Positions 56,534-64,000 of a stretch of 64,000 nt of DNA are shown here, piece by piece; position 1 is the first letter of the stretch; each line of letters starts with the position of its first letter. The notes under the pieces are model-generated. The model worked only from the letters and a program-made list of their open reading frames with translations. It had not been told where the DNA came from and did no database searches. This DNA comes from an uncultured Candidatus Saccharibacteria bacterium (lineage in GTDB: Bacteria > Patescibacteriota > Minisyncoccia > Phycocordibacterales > UBA9973): assembly GCA_964596395.1 (NCBI GenBank), contig CAZQSY010000006.1, positions 153 through 64,152 on the forward strand, read 5' to 3'. Both the position numbers and the translations under genes were made by a program.

Positions 56534-56912
56534 AATAAAAATGGAGAAAAAAGCGAAAAAACAGAATAAGGAAAAAGTCATAGACGCGTCGGGGAAAGTG
56601 CTCGGCCGGCTCGCCAGCGAGGTGGCTGTGTCGCTCATAGGCAAAGACAAGGCCTCGTACGAGCGCCACAATTATTCAGGGAGCCCCGTCAAGGTCTTGA
56701 ATGTTTCAAAAATAAAAATTACGCCGAAGAAACTCGACAATATAACCCACCTCAGATACACCGGCCATCGGGGCGGTTTGCGCTCGGCCGTGGCGAGAGA
56801 GACCGTTGCAAAAAAAGGGTTCAAAGAACTTTTGCGCTTATCGGTGTACCGCATGCTTCCTTCAAACAAGCTGAGGAGGGAAATGATGAAAAATTTAAAA
56901 ATAGAAGAATAA
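56526..56912 (+). CDS. rplM: 50S ribosomal protein L13
   Basis: [38 protein letters not shown]. Confidence 0.85.
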   Translation: MFKIKMEKKAKKQNKEKVIDASGKVLGRLASEVAVSLIGKDKASYERHNYSGSPVKVLNVSKIKITPKKLDNITHLRYTGHRGGLRSAVARETVAKKGFKELLRLSVYRMLPSNKLRREMMKNLKIEE

Positions 56913-56913
56913 T

Positions 56914-57354
56914 ATGGACAAAAAAACAGCAAAACCTGTTCGCCGAGAAGGCGGAGAGAAATATACCGAAGCCACAGGCAGAAGAAAGACCGCGACCGCC
57001 CGAGTACGCCTTTTTGAAGCGGCCAAATCGAGTTTCTCGGTGAACGGTAAGGACATAAAGGAATATTTCAAGACCGAAGAAGAAAGGCGGCTGGTAGAAG
57101 GTCCGCTTACAAAAGGAGTGGAAAAGAAATTTGATTTTAAATGGAAAATCGAAGCGAGGGTTTCGGGTGGCGGGCATCACGCGCAGGCCGAGGCCGTGCG
57201 CCACGGTATCGCTCGGGCGTTGGTTTTACACGATGGGGAATTGCGTTCGGGTTTGAAGTCCCTGGGATATCTGAAACGCGACCCGCGCGCCAAAGAGCGT
57301 CGCAAGTTCGGCCTAAAGAAAGCCCGCAAAGCTCCGCAGTGGTCTAAGAGATAG
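56914..57354 (+). CDS. rpsI: 30S ribosomal protein S9
   Basis: [15 protein letters not shown]...[19 protein letters not shown]...[26 protein letters not shown]. Confidence 0.9.
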   Translation: MDKKTAKPVRREGGEKYTEATGRRKTATARVRLFEAAKSSFSVNGKDIKEYFKTEEERRLVEGPLTKGVEKKFDFKWKIEARVSGGGHHAQAEAVRHGIARALVLHDGELRSGLKSLGYLKRDPRAKERRKFGLKKARKAPQWSKR

Positions 57355-57355
57355 T

Positions 57356-57480
57356 TCTGAAACTCTTCGCAGGTGTACTTTTTAGAAGGCCTTGGGAGGA
57401 GCGACGGCGACGGACAGAGAAAATTTTTAGCAAAAAATTTTCGTGCCTGATAAAAAGTATGCCAAGAGTAGAGTTTCAGA
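57356..57480 (+). ncRNA. copy C of the ~125-nt conserved structured intergenic element (rpsI 3' side), followed by an intrinsic terminator
   Basis: Outer 12-bp stem TTCTGAAACTCT/AGAGTTTCAGAA encloses conserved GTACTTTTT..CCTTGGGAGG..GACGGACAGAGAAAATTTTT..AAAATTTTCGTG..AAAAAGTA.GCCAAGA core shared with copy B. Confidence 0.45.
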
Positions 57481-57487
57481 ACACTGA

Positions 57488-57514
57488 CCTCCTTGAAGAA
57501 AGGAGGTTTTTTGT
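57488..57514 (+). terminator. Rho-independent terminator
   Basis: CCTCCTTgaagaaAGGAGG plus TTTTTTG. Confidence 0.7.
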
Positions 57515-57528
57515 GTTAGTATAAAAAC

Positions 57529-58125
57529 ATGTCAGATGAAAAAGAAGAATCAAAAAAAGAAGAAAAGACCCCCGAGGAATCGGAGGTTCTTGAGTTTGAA
57601 TTTAACGAAGACGGGGAGGAAGATTTAAAAAAGACAATCAAGAAACTCCGCGCCGAACTAAAAACCGCCAAGGCAGAACGAGACGAATACCTTACCGGCT
57701 GGCAGAAAGAGCGGGCCGATTTTGCCAATTACAAAAGAGAGGAGGAGAACCGCAAGGCAAGTTTTTCCGAATCGGTTCGGGAGCGCATTTTGACGAAATT
57801 TTTGGCGGTGCTGGATAGTTTCAGCATGGCTTTCGCCAACAAAGACGCTTGGGAGAAAGTTGACGAGGGCTGGCGCAAGGGGGTTGAATATATCCATTCA
57901 CAGTTTCAGAATGTTTTTGAAGAATACGGAGTAAAAGAAATCGGGGAAATTGGAGAAAGTTTCGACGCCAACATTCACCATTCGGTAGGCGGTACCCCGA
58001 CCGAAGAAAAAGAGAAAGACCACAAGGTCGCCCTGGTCGTCCAAAAAGGATACAAGCTGGGCGAACGCGTGCTGCGCCCGGCCAAGGTGAACGTCTACGA
58101 ATATGTCGAAAACGGAGGAGAATAG
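57529..58125 (+). CDS. grpE: nucleotide exchange factor GrpE
   Basis: Coiled-coil N-terminus, GWQKERADFANYKRE (GrpE signature-like), C-terminal beta-domain. Confidence 0.85.
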   Translation: MSDEKEESKKEEKTPEESEVLEFEFNEDGEEDLKKTIKKLRAELKTAKAERDEYLTGWQKERADFANYKREEENRKASFSESVRERILTKFLAVLDSFSMAFANKDAWEKVDEGWRKGVEYIHSQFQNVFEEYGVKEIGEIGESFDANIHHSVGGTPTEEKEKDHKVALVVQKGYKLGERVLRPAKVNVYEYVENGGE

Positions 58126-58248
58126 AATTTGCGAGCGGTGCTATCAGCAAGAAGTGTATTAATTTTCTAGAAAGTGGTACAATTAAGTTAAACCCCGTCG
58201 TTCGCGAACGACGGGGTAAAGGTCGAGCATTAGTAAATATCACTCTAT

Positions 58249-58557
58249 ATGGTATTTATTCATACGACTTGCGCTACCTCCGAAGAAGCAGAACGCCTGG
58301 GCAAAATGATTTTGGATAAAAAGCTCGGCGCCTGCGTTGAATATTGGCCGGTTACATCTATATATCGCTGGAAAGGGGAATTAAAGAACACGCAGGAAGT
58401 CATGATGACTATTACCACGTTCGAGCCGCGCCTAGAAGACGTGAACAATCTGATTTCACAAGAACACAGCTATTCTACCCCGATGATTGCCGGCATAGAC
58501 GTGCGCCGCATTAACCGCGCCTACAAAGAGTGGATGATGGAAGAGGTAGTTCAATAA
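58249..58557 (+). CDS. cutA: CutA1-like divalent-cation tolerance protein
   Basis: ~100 aa with C(V)EYWPVTSIYRWKGEL...TTFEPRLEDV..YSTPMIAGIDV pattern typical of CutA1 trimers. Confidence 0.6.
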   Translation: MVFIHTTCATSEEAERLGKMILDKKLGACVEYWPVTSIYRWKGELKNTQEVMMTITTFEPRLEDVNNLISQEHSYSTPMIAGIDVRRINRAYKEWMMEEVVQ

Positions 58558-58572
58558 AATTTGTGCCCGTGA

Positions 58573-59091
58573 CTATCCGTTTGCGCTTTTCAAAAAAGCG
58601 TGCCTGGTCTTTTCATCTATTTTATTTGAGACGATTATCATGAGTTCAGAGAGAAGCCCCATGTCTTTTTTAATATTTTCAAAAAGAAATTCGTACGGAT
58701 ATGGGGAAATCCAGACGGTATTTTTTACGCACCGGAAGCCGGCTTTTTTCAGTAGGTAGCGTAGCGCCTCGCGTTCGTTTTTTCTTTCTTCAGGCATGTC
58801 TAAAATAACGATTCGCCAAAAACCGTCCCAGGCGGGGGATACCAGAGCGCCTTCGCCTTCGAGTTTTATGCGGTCCAACTTTTCTTTGCCGGCCTTGGTA
58901 AGACGCAGGTAGCTTTTGTTGTCTGATTTTATTATTTCCACGCACCCTGCGGTGGCCAGGTTTTTTATCGAACGGTTTATGGCATATCTGGTTTTTTTGT
59001 CTGTCTTTTCCGCGATGGATTCTATCGAGACAACCCTTTTTTCAGCCAATTTTTTCAATATTTTACCGGAATATTCTTTTCTGCTTGACAT
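58573..59091 (-). CDS. PaaX-family-like transcriptional regulator (wHTH plus C-terminal PaaX-type domain), divergent from dnaK
   Basis: C-terminal WDGFWRIVILDMPEERKNEREALRYLLKKAGFRCVKNTVWISP fits the PaaX pattern W.G.W..V.YDIPE..R..R..LR..L...GF..LQ.SVW..P. Confidence 0.5.
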   Translation of the reverse strand: MSSRKEYSGKILKKLAEKRVVSIESIAEKTDKKTRYAINRSIKNLATAGCVEIIKSDNKSYLRLTKAGKEKLDRIKLEGEGALVSPAWDGFWRIVILDMPEERKNEREALRYLLKKAGFRCVKNTVWISPYPYEFLFENIKKDMGLLSELMIIVSNKIDEKTRHAFLKSANG

Positions 59092-59183
59092 GTGGATATA
59101 CTATCATATATACTCTTATTATACAAATATTTCGTGGTCGCAAAATTATTGTTATCAACATATTATAAAATAAAAATCAAAAT

Positions 59184-61109
59184 ATGTCAAAAATAATAGG
59201 TATTGATTTAGGAACAACCAACTCGGCCTTTGCCGTTATAGAAGGCGGTGAACCGAAAATTTTAGAAAATGCGGAAGGTATGCGCACCACGCCTTCAATC
59301 GTGGCCATGGCCAAGAATGGAGACCGTCTGGCTGGAGTTTTAGCCAAAAGGCAGTCTGTCACTAATCCGAAAAACACCATTTTTCAAATCAAGAGATTCA
59401 TGGGGCACACTTTCGACGAGCCGGGCGTGCAGAAAGATATTAAAGCTGTCTCTTTTGACATTCGTAAATCTGAAAACGGTGGAGTCGAGGTGAAGATGAG
59501 CGACAAATGGTACCGGCCGGAAGAAATTTCCGCGATGATTCTGCAAAAAATTAAAGCCGACGCCGAGGCCCGGCTCGGAGAAAAAGTAACCGAAGCGGTA
59601 ATCACTGTGCCGGCTTACTTCAACGATTCGCAAAGAAAAGCCACCAAAGACGCCGGGGCGATTGCCGGTCTTGATGTGAAGCGCATCATCAATGAGCCGA
59701 CAGCTGCCGCCTTGGCTTACGGATTTAACAAAAAGAAAAACGAAAAAATTGCCGTGTTTGATTTCGGCGGCGGAACTTTTGACATTTCGGTACTCGAAGT
59801 CGGTGAAGACGTGGTAGAAGTGAAAGCCGTCGATGGAGACGCGCATCTGGGCGGCAAAGACATCGACCAGAAAATAATAAACTGGCTGGCGGAAGGATTC
59901 CAGAAAGAACACGGGATTGATTTGAGGAAAGATACTCTGGCCCGACAGCGCCTAGACGATGCCGCCGAAAAAGCGAAAATCGAGCTTTCCACCGCAGTTG
60001 AGTCAGAAATTAATCTGCCTTTCATTACGTCTTCAGACGCCGGGCCCCTGCACTTGGTACGTACCATGAAAAGAGCTGACCTAGAAGATATTTGCCGAGA
60101 ATTTGTGGATAGAGCGATGCAGATTACCAAGCGAGCAGTAGAAGCATCTCCATTTAAATTATCCGACATAAATGAAGTTGTCTTGGTCGGCGGTCAGACC
60201 CGCATGCCGATGATTCAGGCGGAGGTTGAAAAATTTTTCGGCAAGAAACCGCACATGGGTGTGAACCCCGACGAAGTTGTAGCTCTCGGCGCCGCGGTGC
60301 AGGCCGGAGTTTTGCAAGGCGACGTTAAAGATGTTTTACTTCTCGACGTTACGCCCCTGTCTTTGGGCATTGAGACCTTGGGCGGAGTCGCTACAAAGTT
60401 AATTGAAAGAAACACGACTATTCCGGCTTCGAAGTCGCAGGTTTTTTCTACTGCCGCCGACAATCAGACCTCGGTAGAAATTCACATCGTGCAGGGCGAG
60501 CGCCCGATGGCTTCTGACAACAAATCGCTAGGCCGGTTTATTTTGGATGGCATTCCGCCGGCGCCTAGGGGCATGCCGCAGGTTGAGGTTACTTTTGATA
60601 TCGATGTAAATGGAATTCTCCACGTGAAAGCTGCGGATAAGGCCTCTGGTAAAGCTCAATCAATCAAGATTGAAGCGAGCTCTGGCTTAAAAGATGAAGA
60701 CATCAAGAAGATGCAGCAGGACGCCGAAGCGCATGCGGAAGAAGATAAGAAGAAAAAAGAAAACGCCGACGCGCGGAACACGGCCGAAATGATTATTTAT
60801 ACGGCGGAGAAAGCGCTTAAAGACAATGAAGCGAAAATTCCGGCAGACGTGAAAGACGGCGTGAATAAAAAAATCGCCGTTTTAAAAGAAGTGAAAGACG
60901 GCGCGGACGCGGAAAAAATCAAAAAAGCCACAGAAGAACTTTCTTCCGAGATGTCTAAAATTGGCGAGGCGATTTCAAAATCTGCCGGAGCCGGACAGTC
61001 TGGTTCTAACCCGAGCTCGGAACAGCCCGGTAGTAACAATCAAGACGGCAATGTCCGCGACGCTGACTTCAAGGAAGGCGATAAAGACCAAGAGCCGCCG
61101 AAACAGTAA
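59184..61109 (+). CDS. dnaK: molecular chaperone DnaK (Hsp70)
   Basis: [28 protein letters not shown], substrate-binding domain and Gly-rich C-terminus. Confidence 0.97.
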   Translation: MSKIIGIDLGTTNSAFAVIEGGEPKILENAEGMRTTPSIVAMAKNGDRLAGVLAKRQSVTNPKNTIFQIKRFMGHTFDEPGVQKDIKAVSFDIRKSENGGVEVKMSDKWYRPEEISAMILQKIKADAEARLGEKVTEAVITVPAYFNDSQRKATKDAGAIAGLDVKRIINEPTAAALAYGFNKKKNEKIAVFDFGGGTFDISVLEVGEDVVEVKAVDGDAHLGGKDIDQKIINWLAEGFQKEHGIDLRKDTLARQRLDDAAEKAKIELSTAVESEINLPFITSSDAGPLHLVRTMKRADLEDICREFVDRAMQITKRAVEASPFKLSDINEVVLVGGQTRMPMIQAEVEKFFGKKPHMGVNPDEVVALGAAVQAGVLQGDVKDVLLLDVTPLSLGIETLGGVATKLIERNTTIPASKSQVFSTAADNQTSVEIHIVQGERPMASDNKSLGRFILDGIPPAPRGMPQVEVTFDIDVNGILHVKAADKASGKAQSIKIEASSGLKDEDIKKMQQDAEAHAEEDKKKKENADARNTAEMIIYTAEKALKDNEAKIPADVKDGVNKKIAVLKEVKDGADAEKIKKATEELSSEMSKIGEAISKSAGAGQSGSNPSSEQPGSNNQDGNVRDADFKEGDKDQEPPKQ

Positions 61110-61131
61110 AGTTAAACCGAAATAAAAACTA

Positions 61132-61169
61132 GCGCAAAAAGCCCCAAATAATGTCGGGGCTTTTTGCGC
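61132..61169. terminator. 14-bp palindromic intrinsic terminator after dnaK
   Basis: GCGCAAAAAGCCCC-aaataatgtc-GGGGCTTTTTGCGC. Confidence 0.65.
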
Positions 61170-61195
61170 TATCCTTTGTATGTCATAATAATATC

Positions 61196-62887
61196 ATGCA
61201 GGCAGAAACCCGTATTTGTCAAAATTGTAGGCAAAACTTCACCATTGATTCCGACGATTTCGGCTTTTACGAAAAAATCCACGTCCCTCCGCCGACGTTT
61301 TGCCCGGAGTGCCGTAGACAAAGAAGATTGGCCTGGCGGAACGATTTTAATTTTTATAATCGTAACTGCGACTTATGTAAAAGAAATATTATCTCAGTCT
61401 ATTCTCCCGATAATCCCCAGGTAATCTATTGCAACAAATGCTGGTGGAGCGATAAATGGGACCCGAAAGCTTACACCATGGATTTTGATTTTTCAAGACC
61501 CTTTTTTGAGCAGTTTGCCGAGTTCCGGATGAAGGTTCCCGCCCTGGCGCTTTTCAACGATAATAATATTGGCAGCGAAAACTGCGAGTACACCCAAGAT
61601 TTTGCTTTCGGAAAAAATTGCTATATGTGCATGGTGGCTTGGAAGATACAGGATTGTATGTATTTCTGTTACGGAGCAGATGGAAAAGAGTTAGTTGATT
61701 CGATGGGTATATTCGATACGAGTCAAGGGCTTTATGAGGCGATGTATTCTGGCAAATGTTTCGGCTCTAGAAACATACATTATTCTTCTGCTTTGATAAA
61801 CTGTGCTTTCTGTTATGATTGCGACGGCTGCGAATACTGTTTTATGTGCGTGAATTTGAAAGGGAAAAAATATTGTGTTTTAAACAAGCAGTATAGCAGG
61901 GAAGAATATGAGAAGATTTTACAATCATATCAACTAAACACTTGGAGTGGAGTTCAAGAAGCAGAAAAGGAATTTTGGAGATTTGTGCTTACACAACCTA
62001 GGAAATTTGTGTTTTTCAGGAATTGTAAAAATTGCACGGGTAACAATTTAGTGAATAGCAAGAATGCGAAAAATGTTTTCCATGGACGAAGGTCAGAGGA
62101 TTCAAAATATTTGGAAAATGGCGATACTCAAAAAACCAGTTATGATTTGTCGGTCGGTGGAGAGCTCACGGAATGTTATGAAGGGCTTACCCCAGACCAT
62201 TCAAACAGAGCTTTATTTGTTATTTACACATGGAGGTGCGTCGATGTAGCTTACTCAGAATCTTGCCAATCTTCCCAGAATTGTTTCGGATGTATTGGGC
62301 TTAAACATGGAGAATATTCTATTTTCAATAAACAATATCCTAAGGAAGAATATCTAGAACTCAAGGAGAAAATTATAGAGCACATGAAAAAAACGGGAGA
62401 GTGGGGAGAATTTTTCCCAATGAAATTCTCGCCTTTTGCATACAACGAATCCATGGCGAATTTATCTTTCCCGATGACAGAAGAAGAGGTGATAAATTTT
62501 GGCTTGCGTTGGCAGGATAATTTACAACGAACGAGGGGAAGGACAACGTTAGAAAGTATCCCAGACAGTATTGATAATGTACCAGAAAATATTACGGACG
62601 AAATTTTAGAATGTAAAAAATGCGAAAGAAATTACAAGATAACACCAAACGAATTTTCTTTTTATAAAAAGTGGCGGATTCCCGTCCCTAGGCATTGTTT
62701 CTTTTGTCGTTTAGAAAAACGTTTTTCACTTCGAACGCCTTCTCGCCTTTGGTACCGTTCCTGCATGTGTGAAAAAGGAAATCACGGGCATGCTGGAAAA
62801 TGTCCGAATGAATTCGAAACCAGTTATGCTCCTGATCGGCCGGAAATAGTTTACTGCGAACGGTGTTACCAGCAGGAGGTTTACTGA
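61196..62887 (+). CDS. very cysteine-rich protein (~50 Cys in 563 aa) with duplicated terminal zinc-ribbon-like modules; function unknown
   Basis: N-terminal CQNCRQNFTIDSDDFGFYEKIHVPPPTFCPECRRQRRLAWRN and C-terminal CKKCERNYKITPNEFSFYKKWRIPVPRHCFFCRLEKRFSLR are paralogous; internal CYDCDGCEYCFMC and CQSSQNCFGC clusters; start trimmed to MQAETRIC. Confidence 0.6.
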   Translation: MQAETRICQNCRQNFTIDSDDFGFYEKIHVPPPTFCPECRRQRRLAWRNDFNFYNRNCDLCKRNIISVYSPDNPQVIYCNKCWWSDKWDPKAYTMDFDFSRPFFEQFAEFRMKVPALALFNDNNIGSENCEYTQDFAFGKNCYMCMVAWKIQDCMYFCYGADGKELVDSMGIFDTSQGLYEAMYSGKCFGSRNIHYSSALINCAFCYDCDGCEYCFMCVNLKGKKYCVLNKQYSREEYEKILQSYQLNTWSGVQEAEKEFWRFVLTQPRKFVFFRNCKNCTGNNLVNSKNAKNVFHGRRSEDSKYLENGDTQKTSYDLSVGGELTECYEGLTPDHSNRALFVIYTWRCVDVAYSESCQSSQNCFGCIGLKHGEYSIFNKQYPKEEYLELKEKIIEHMKKTGEWGEFFPMKFSPFAYNESMANLSFPMTEEEVINFGLRWQDNLQRTRGRTTLESIPDSIDNVPENITDEILECKKCERNYKITPNEFSFYKKWRIPVPRHCFFCRLEKRFSLRTPSRLWYRSCMCEKGNHGHAGKCPNEFETSYAPDRPEIVYCERCYQQEVY

Positions 62888-62911
62888 TAAAATATGCTAT
62901 AATTTTACGGT

Positions 62912-64000
62912 ATGGAGCTCCACGAACTGCCCAAGAACAAGGAAATAACTTACCTGGGTCTTACTACCTATAGAGACAAAAACACGCTTTTTGGAATCAA
63001 GCGCAAAGACCGGCGCCAGCATGTGTACATTCTCGGAAAATCCGGCACCGGTAAGTCGGCTCTCATGTTTAATATGATTATCCAGAACATCGAGAACGGC
63101 GATGGCGTGTGTCTTGTCGACCCGCACGGCGAAAATGTGGAAGCAGTGCTCTCGGCCATTCCGCCACACCGCATGAAGGATGTAGTTTATTTCAACCCGG
63201 CCGATACCGATTACCATATTGGTTTTAACGTGCTTGAGCTGATTGATCCGAAATACAAGCATCTAGTGGCCTCGGGTCTCATGGGAATTTTCACCAAGAT
63301 TTGGGCGAATGCCTGGAGCGCCCGCATGGAATATATTTTAAACAACGCGATTCTGGCCCTCTTGGATACTCCAGGTTCGACCTTGCTTGGTATTATGCGC
63401 ATGCTGGTGGATAAAGATTACCGCCAGAAAATAATCACCAACCTGAAAGACCCGGTGATAAAGGCATTTTGGATTCACGAGTACGAGGCCTGGCAGGATA
63501 AATTCAGGAATGAAGCTATTGCCCCGATTCAGAACAAAGTCGGGCAGTTTCTCTCTACATCTATCATCAGGAATATTGTCGGCCAATCCAAGAGCACGAT
63601 TAACATTTTTGACATCATGAACCAGGGGAAAATTTTCTTGGTGAACGTGTCAAAGGGGCGCATCGGAGAAGACAATTCGTCGCTGTTGGGAGGAATTATC
63701 ATTACCAAGATTCAGCTCGCAGCCATGGAAAGGGTGCGCATACCCGAAGAAAGCAGGAAAGATTTCTATCTGTATGTCGACGAGTTTCAGAATTTCGTAA
63801 CGCAGGCCTTTGCCGGCATTTTGTCGGAAGCCAGGAAGTACCGCTTGAATCTGACCGTCGCCCATCAATACACCGCCCAGCTTATTTCTGAAAAAAATAC
63901 CAGCGTGAAAGACGCGATTTTCGGCAACGTCGGCACGATGATAGTTTTCCGCGTCGGCGCGGACGACGCGAAGTTTTTGGAAAAAGAATTTGAGCCGGAA
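62912..64000 (+). CDS. soluble VirD4/TrwB-like type IV coupling-protein ATPase (3' end beyond window)
   Basis: Not in the ORF track (no stop in window); HVYILGKSGTGKSALMFNMIIQNIENGDGVCLVDPHGE parallels TrwB HLLVVGATGTGKSVLLRELAYTGLLRGDRMVIVDPNGD; C-terminal YVDEFQNF matches the TraG/TraD DEFqn motif; no N-terminal TM helices. Confidence 0.7.
   Translation, partial: MELHELPKNKEITYLGLTTYRDKNTLFGIKRKDRRQHVYILGKSGTGKSALMFNMIIQNIENGDGVCLVDPHGENVEAVLSAIPPHRMKDVVYFNPADTDYHIGFNVLELIDPKYKHLVASGLMGIFTKIWANAWSARMEYILNNAILALLDTPGSTLLGIMRMLVDKDYRQKIITNLKDPVIKAFWIHEYEAWQDKFRNEAIAPIQNKVGQFLSTSIIRNIVGQSKSTINIFDIMNQGKIFLVNVSKGRIGEDNSSLLGGIIITKIQLAAMERVRIPEESRKDFYLYVDEFQNFVTQAFAGILSEARKYRLNLTVAHQYTAQLISEKNTSVKDAIFGNVGTMIVFRVGADDAKFLEKEFEPE

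Noticed and set aside
1-64000. CRISPR arrays, integrases, transposases, prophage genes
   Set aside because: No repeat-spacer periodicity and no recognisable integrase, transposase or phage structural motifs in any frame. The only mobile-like signals are the direct-repeat-flanked island and the small palindromic repeats reported above.

Overview
This 64-kb window is a gene-dense, roughly 45% GC segment with hallmarks of a reduced Patescibacteria/CPR-type genome (inference from gene content). Known content: the window opens inside the 3' end of a 16S rRNA that has no 23S downstream and no CCUCC anti-SD tail. It carries 13 tRNAs in three clusters and many housekeeping genes. These include secA, gyrA, clpB, groES-groEL, grpE, dnaK, short forms of infB and alaS, rbfA, rpsA, typA, mnmA, mltG, murE and an Mpl/MurC-like ligase. 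A ribosomal cluster runs infA-rpmJ-rpsM-rpsK-rpsD-rpoA-rplQ-rplM-rpsI. Sigma-70-like promoters are recognisable, but Shine-Dalgarno motifs are absent upstream of essentially every start codon. Unusual content: (1) a tandem array of five genes encoding six VirB2/TrbC-like (T4SS-pilin-like) domains; the first is fused to two thrombospondin-type-1-like Cys/Trp repeats, and a soluble VirD4/TrwB-like coupling ATPase is truncated at the window end. (2) A roughly 2.9-kb GC-rich insertion bracketed by identical 34-bp direct repeats (terminator copies), encoding an SPFH/flotillin-like protein, a membrane partner and a TrpR/YerC-like regulator with three copies of a CTACAATATAYTGTAGCA palindromic operator. 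(3) A previously unnoticed structured intergenic element of about 125 nt in three copies; two show compensatory base changes in an outer stem and sit next to translation genes. (4) Four NUDIX hydrolases plus MazG-like and Maf pyrophosphatases. (5) Stable GC-rich hairpins immediately upstream of several start codons. (6) A 563-aa protein with about 50 cysteines and duplicated terminal zinc-ribbon-like modules next to the coupling ATPase. All calls rest on reading the sequence and translated ORFs by eye. No database search was possible, so family assignments are recollection-based and hedged.
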